From: a virus
Lineage: Duplodnaviria; Caudoviricetes
Virus record (IMG/VR): IMGVR_UViG_3300033067_000093
Location: 1-29,030 of that record
Length of the DNA: 29,030 bases
Reading direction: 5' to 3' (one strand)
A program made the translations under genes and the position numbers. Of this stretch, positions 24,394 through 29,030 are shown piece by piece. Position 1 is the first letter of the stretch; the number at the start of each line of letters is the position of its first letter. The notes beneath the pieces were generated by a model. The model made no database searches. It saw only the letters and a list, made by a program, of their open reading frames with translations, and was not told the origin of the DNA.

Positions 24394-26829
24394 CCCAAAA
24401 AAGTAAGGGGAACGGAAGATGTCCATGATGTTCAGGTTGCCTTTCGGCGGTACGTTCGGAAGCTGGATTCCTGTTGTATTTTCAATGTGTAACTTGAATT
24501 CCAACAGGGGATCATTCGTAGCGTACATCGAGACAAACGCAGTACGGATTGCTTCATGCAGGGCATCGGTATCATTCGCATGAGTACCGAAGTCATCGTG
24601 GATACAGGCAAAGCTGGTCACGCCTAGCTTCTCTGCCTCGATCAGCGTCAGCATAAGATGGCAAGCATCCATGCTGTGTACGAAGTTCGGGCTGGCTCCA
24701 AGACGCTGTTTCTGCACGTCGATCTTCTTCGAGTCGATGTTCAGGCGAAGCTGAATCTTCCCGGCCAATTGCGTTGTCACTTGCTTGCTGATGACCTTTT
24801 TACGGCCTTGGTACACTGGGAAGCCCACTGGGGTATGCCAGACGATAGGTTGATCCTCTCTGGCCACTATTCCGGCGCATTTCTGAATCCAATCCATTGC
24901 CTTCCGTGCTGCTACCACAACCTCTCCGATGGATGCCCAAAGGATCGGAGTGAGGAACACAGATAAGCGGAATCGAATCTCTTTCGGGAACGACTCGGCA
25001 GCTTCTTCGAGCATGTACTTATAGATGTACTCTCGGCAGGATTGCTGTGTCGATCCATACGGCAGTGTCATCACTGGGCGCTTGGCTAGGCCACGGGGGA
25101 TTGATCCTCCATGCTCTGCATCGCAGAAGTTGAGCCAAACAGCGGCCAGAGGGTCTGTAGAATCCCGGAGCCTTCGGGTACAGACAGCAGCCACCTCTGC
25201 ATAAATGTCAGCCGGAGTTGCGGATGGTGTGAGATTAGTCGCTTTGCCTCCCACCTCGTCTCGCAGCATTGCGGAGAAGTTCTGAAGACCGTTGCAAGAC
25301 CCGTCAAGAGCGATAGGGAGATGCGATAGCATACCCAATCCTTCATTGAGGTACTTTCGGTACTCAAAACAGAACGCCAAGAACTGCCAAGGCTTGTCCG
25401 CATTTGCCCACGCATCACGATTTGTGAGCGGGTCTTCAGCGATACGGCGGATAAGTTCGCTGTTATCATCGACCCATTTCTCTCGATCAGCATAAGAGAC
25501 TTTGTCCTTTCCGAATGTGTTAGCGCCATGTACCTTTAGCCACTTTAGGCCGCGCTCAGTTAGCGGCTTCCCCTCTGAGAAGCGCAACAGCCCTTTGGCG
25601 AAGTCTGGGCCTTGTGGCGACAGACCGGATACCGTAGCGTAGATACGTCCACGGAAATCACATTGGTACACGAACCAGAATTTCTTGAAGTCCATGAACT
25701 CTCTGGCGAGACGGAGCACTCGGATAACTTGGAAGCATTTCGATACGCGCTCCTTGTTCATCGTGTACACCACACGGGCTTCTGACTTCCACTCGTCGAA
25801 GGCAACCTTCTGTAGTGGAGTCATCTGGTTCTTCTTTGTTTCCTTTGGGATCGGAGACACAGGGAGCGGATAAGGCTCAGACTGTGGCAGACCAATCGGC
25901 AAGGAATTATCCCACGCAGCTTTCAGGATGTCGAACACCTCTGTGTTCACTTCCCATGCAGTTGCTTGCAGGATGTTCACCGACTGCATCACCTTCTGCA
26001 TCTGTGCATCACTGAACAGTTCAAGGTGTGCTTTGTTCTTCACCTTCACCATCGGGGTACGGCGGCGAAGCTGCGGTGTGTAATACCCACCCTGATCCAC
26101 ACTAGTCCACGGGTCTGGTGGAATGATGCAAGGGGAGCGATCCGGATTCAAGAGTTGGGCGTAGGAGTCGAACTCCTTCATCCACTTCAGGCAGCTTTCA
26201 GTAGGGCAGATGATCGTCTGCATAGCGATCTTACGTCCCTTGGCTTTCTCCTTCTTCGTCTCGATCAAGTCAGTGCTCTGCATGATTAGGTCAATCACCT
26301 TGACACCAACCTGAGCACGTTCCTCATTGCTCCATTCGTTCCACTGCACCTCATGTTGCTTGGCCTTCATGGTGAGCACACGGTGCATGTGGCGGTAGTT
26401 CGTAGTACCCTTCTTCTTGAAGTCACGGATGATGGCATCATAGTACTCGCCATGCTTCTCTTGGAACTTGGTGAACTTCACCTCATCTTCAATGAGCATA
26501 CCAATTCGAGAACCCAATGCGACCAGTGCCGTGTTGTTCGTGAAGTGATCAAAGACTGCACGAAGACCGAGGTACGCGGCCACCTCCGGTTCTACGACCG
26601 ATAGGAGACCTTTGTACTTCGACTTCACACCGGGAGTCTTGCTCTCGCACCACTCTCGGATTGCAGCAGCAACAGGCAACACGAACTCTTGCATCAGCTT
26701 TTGAGCAGACTGGGTATCTGCACCACGGCCTTTCTCTACAGCCTTCTGTACGGTGATGTTGTAACGGCCAACGCCATACGCCACCATCCGCTTTTCAAGA
26801 TTGATTTGTTCTTGGATGCCCGGTTCCAC
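24391..26829 (-). CDS. Single-subunit DNA-directed RNA polymerase (T7/phiKMV-like)
   Basis: 812 aa, GTG start. DFRGRIY, motif A DGSCNGLQ, motif B R.LAKRPVMTLPYG, PNFVHSMDA, motif C IHDD. Confidence 0.98.
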   Translation of the reverse strand: MEPGIQEQINLEKRMVAYGVGRYNITVQKAVEKGRGADTQSAQKLMQEFVLPVAAAIREWCESKTPGVKSKYKGLLSVVEPEVAAYLGLRAVFDHFTNNTALVALGSRIGMLIEDEVKFTKFQEKHGEYYDAIIRDFKKKGTTNYRHMHRVLTMKAKQHEVQWNEWSNEERAQVGVKVIDLIMQSTDLIETKKEKAKGRKIAMQTIICPTESCLKWMKEFDSYAQLLNPDRSPCIIPPDPWTSVDQGGYYTPQLRRRTPMVKVKNKAHLELFSDAQMQKVMQSVNILQATAWEVNTEVFDILKAAWDNSLPIGLPQSEPYPLPVSPIPKETKKNQMTPLQKVAFDEWKSEARVVYTMNKERVSKCFQVIRVLRLAREFMDFKKFWFVYQCDFRGRIYATVSGLSPQGPDFAKGLLRFSEGKPLTERGLKWLKVHGANTFGKDKVSYADREKWVDDNSELIRRIAEDPLTNRDAWANADKPWQFLAFCFEYRKYLNEGLGMLSHLPIALDGSCNGLQNFSAMLRDEVGGKATNLTPSATPADIYAEVAAVCTRRLRDSTDPLAAVWLNFCDAEHGGSIPRGLAKRPVMTLPYGSTQQSCREYIYKYMLEEAAESFPKEIRFRLSVFLTPILWASIGEVVVAARKAMDWIQKCAGIVAREDQPIVWHTPVGFPVYQGRKKVISKQVTTQLAGKIQLRLNIDSKKIDVQKQRLGASPNFVHSMDACHLMLTLIEAEKLGVTSFACIHDDFGTHANDTDALHEAIRTAFVSMYATNDPLLEFKLHIENTTGIQLPNVPPKGNLNIMDIFRSPYFFG

Positions 26830-27206
26830 TACTTCTCCTTTTTAGACTTAGCTCGTTTGAGCCGTGCCTTCTTGTTACGTGCTAGTCGTTTCTCGTCTGC
26901 GTCTTTGTGGGTAGGGTGATAAATCCCGGAAGGGTTGGCAGCGCATTCATTCCAGTATTGGATGAGGCGGCTAACAAACCACTCGACTGTCCCATCACGC
27001 TTCGCCCGGTTCGCAAGGTTGAAAATCTTCCCTTCGATCCCGTTGCAATTGCGACATAAGACTCCCCGAATCTGCCCAGTGCGATGGCAGTGATCGAGGC
27101 ATGAGTTACTTTCATCAATTGCTATCCGACACAGGCGGCAGCGGTGATTCTGCTCCTGCGTTATCCGAACTCTGAAGAACGGTATCTGGCTGATCTTCAT
27201 CTTCAT
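26829..27206 (-). CDS. Recombination endonuclease VII (Holliday junction resolvase)
   Basis: 125 aa from MKMKISQ (RBS GGAGG). CRLC...LDHCH..G.IRGVLCRNCN motif. Confidence 0.92.
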   Translation of the reverse strand: MKMKISQIPFFRVRITQEQNHRCRLCRIAIDESNSCLDHCHRTGQIRGVLCRNCNGIEGKIFNLANRAKRDGTVEWFVSRLIQYWNECAANPSGIYHPTHKDADEKRLARNKKARLKRAKSKKEK

Positions 27207-27495
27207 CGGGTGCTTCCTCCAATCGTTTGATCCATGCTTCGACAGCTTCCTCGAATGTGCTCTGAGCTTGCTCAGGCAAGTCAACGAGCTTGTCGTATTG
27301 ATTCATGATTGGGCAGTGCTGTTGAACCCAAGCACGGTCGATCTTCTTACCGAAGTTCAACTGCACCCATTGCACTACTTTCTTGAACATGAACTTGCGA
27401 TCCATCGAACCTTGGAAGGTAAGACGACTCCACTGCTTCATGCCCTCGTGATCAAACCACGGAACCAATACGATTGTCTGTCCGTTGTATCTCAT
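27115..27495 (-). CDS. Hypothetical protein
   Basis: 126 aa from MRYNGQ (RBS AAGGAG, ATGA overlap with the exonuclease stop). Its acidic tail overlaps the endonuclease gene by 92 nt. Confidence 0.75.
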   Translation of the reverse strand: MRYNGQTIVLVPWFDHEGMKQWSRLTFQGSMDRKFMFKKVVQWVQLNFGKKIDRAWVQQHCPIMNQYDKLVDLPEQAQSTFEEAVEAWIKRLEEAPDEDEDQPDTVLQSSDNAGAESPLPPVSDSN

Positions 27496-28421
27496 ACGCA
27501 GTGCTCCTTCATCCATTCAACGACATCATCATCGTTGTCATTACGGCGCATCCAGAGTAGCTTTGCTTCTGAGAGGAATGCTTCGCCAGCCGTGATGGGC
27601 TGACCGTCACGCCAGTTCTTGAAGCCATGCTTCTCAGCATACGCTTTGTACAAATCTCGTACCACAACGAACGCTTCTTTGTTCGTCTGGATCGGAGACA
27701 GAATCTCATACGTGAGTACCGGGCCACATGGCTTGTCCTTACCGTTCGGCAAGTACTTCGGATCACACACGAGAGGTAGTCCGGAGATGTTATCTGCTGC
27801 ATCTCCCATCAGCATTTGCGCCCAGAATAACTTCCAGCCACGACCTTTGATCTTCTTGATCTTGCCTTTCTGGACAAGCTCGATATAGCCGAAGTCACTC
27901 TCTGTATCGGTGATCTCACCAGTAGCCCAATCAAGCGACAGACCCGGAACCATCCCAAGGTCTTTGTCCTTGGTAGCGATGATCGACAGGTGGCGATTGC
28001 CATCTTGGATTGCTTGGTACTGTGCCTTAGACATGCCATCATCTGCCTCACAGTTCACATGCTGGATACCACCGTAATGGTCTGCCATGTGAGCACGAAT
28101 GAGGTGCAGGAAGCGCGGCTTAACCTTGCCCTGCCGTGTAGCTTGGTACTCACGGAGCATGGCTTGGTCATGGCGATTACCTTTGGTTGACTCTTTCGGA
28201 GTCAGGTGAATCACGATTGATTCCGCACCAGCTTTGATACGAAGGCGCTCAAGGATCATATCCAAGATTTTCTTCATCTCGTCGATGGGACGGTCTTTAT
28301 CGAAAGCTACCATGTACGCTGCGAAGTCTCCATCAATCTGGACAACTCGACCCGGTACAGTAGCAGGGTCGCTGGATACTTCTGCCTCCAGCTTGGACAG
28401 GTCAATGCCATTGACAATCAT
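27492..28421 (-). CDS. 5'-3' exonuclease (T7 gp6/FEN-like)
   Basis: 309 aa from MIVNGID (RBS AAGGAGG). IDGDF.AY, Y...R..K.KP, EADD, KDKDL..VPG and QMLMGD.ADNI.GL motifs. Confidence 0.95.
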   Translation of the reverse strand: MIVNGIDLSKLEAEVSSDPATVPGRVVQIDGDFAAYMVAFDKDRPIDEMKKILDMILERLRIKAGAESIVIHLTPKESTKGNRHDQAMLREYQATRQGKVKPRFLHLIRAHMADHYGGIQHVNCEADDGMSKAQYQAIQDGNRHLSIIATKDKDLGMVPGLSLDWATGEITDTESDFGYIELVQKGKIKKIKGRGWKLFWAQMLMGDAADNISGLPLVCDPKYLPNGKDKPCGPVLTYEILSPIQTNKEAFVVVRDLYKAYAEKHGFKNWRDGQPITAGEAFLSEAKLLWMRRNDNDDDVVEWMKEHCV

Positions 28422-28431
28422 AGTAGCCTCC

Positions 28432-29010
28432 TTACAGGATGAACGGGATGTCGTCTGACTCATCTAATGCACCCGGTTCACAGACGTACTCAGGGTACTT
28501 GTCCATTACGCGGCGGAGACGTTTCACTTGTCGATCAGCACGGTTCGTGTTGCATACACGGATCACACCATCTTGAATCGAACGGTCGAACTCGCGGCTC
28601 ACATGCAGCAGTTCGCCATCGAACATGATCTGGCAGATACTAATGTCGAACACCTCATGCAGTTGCTCGCCCATGTCTTCGATGAAGATGAGTTCATAGA
28701 TCGTCCCATCAATAGTCATGCGCCAGATAGCGAATATGTTGCGGAAGCCCGGCTGTGCCGAGTTACCACGTTGTCCATACAGCGAGGTCTGGATCAGTTC
28801 TGCGTATGGGTGAATGGCGAGAACCTTACGCTCAATTGCGTCGAGGTCAACGTCTTCAGCCCGGACAGGAATGAATACATCCACATCCTTGATCGGTTTG
28901 CCATGCCACAGATCGCGGAGAGCGCCACCAGCAATTACTGCTGATGGCAACTCACCTTGAATCTTATGCAGCATGTCACACCAGACTTGAGGAATCTGGT
29001 TTGTGTTCAT
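28432..29010 (-). CDS. Nucleotidyltransferase (CCA-adding/poly(A) polymerase head-like)
   Basis: 192 aa. IAGGALRD...KDVDVF catalytic motif, FDISICQ, and a C-terminal R..R...KY. Confidence 0.88.
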   Translation of the reverse strand: MNTNQIPQVWCDMLHKIQGELPSAVIAGGALRDLWHGKPIKDVDVFIPVRAEDVDLDAIERKVLAIHPYAELIQTSLYGQRGNSAQPGFRNIFAIWRMTIDGTIYELIFIEDMGEQLHEVFDISICQIMFDGELLHVSREFDRSIQDGVIRVCNTNRADRQVKRLRRVMDKYPEYVCEPGALDESDDIPFIL

Positions 29011-29012
29011 GA

Positions 29013-29030
29013 TTACAGACCGAGTGCTGC
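29013..29030 (-). CDS. 3' end of an upstream gene (partial, ...AALGL*)
   Basis: GCA GCA CTC GGT CTG TAA ends 2 nt before the next ATG. Truncated by the window edge. Confidence 0.45.
   Translation of the reverse strand, partial: AALGL

Noticed and set aside
1-29030. CRISPR array, tRNA, integrase, diversity-generating retroelement, intron or intein
   Set aside because: No regularly spaced repeats, cloverleaf, recombinase or RT motifs were seen. RNAP and terminase are uninterrupted and of normal length.

Overview
This window is the right-hand part of a lytic podovirus genome (Autographiviridae, phiKMV/KP34-like layout, with the single-subunit RNA polymerase at the END of the DNA-metabolism block). 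All real genes lie on the minus strand. In genome order (high to low coordinates): nucleotidyltransferase, 5'-3' exonuclease, hypothetical, endonuclease VII, RNA polymerase, two small genes, GNAT acetyltransferase, virion assembly protein, portal, scaffold, major capsid, tail tubes A/B, three internal virion proteins (one with an inserted GH108-type muramidase), tail fibre, a multi-TM protein, holin, small and large terminase, a protein ending in QKELF, an NNPGNI-family putative endolysin, i/o-spanins, and a five-gene accessory structural cassette. A 21-bp phage-RNAP promoter (TAATTCACTTCGTACCTAGTA) occurs three times. The first ~1.06 kb is non-coding. It holds a ~350-nt tract packed with minus-strand tetraloop hairpins (candidate structured ncRNA), a probable genome-end junction, and an AT-rich block of sigma70 early promoters, so the window seems to run across the genome terminus. 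Spanins indicate a Gram-negative host. All calls come from motif recognition and synteny; no searches were run.
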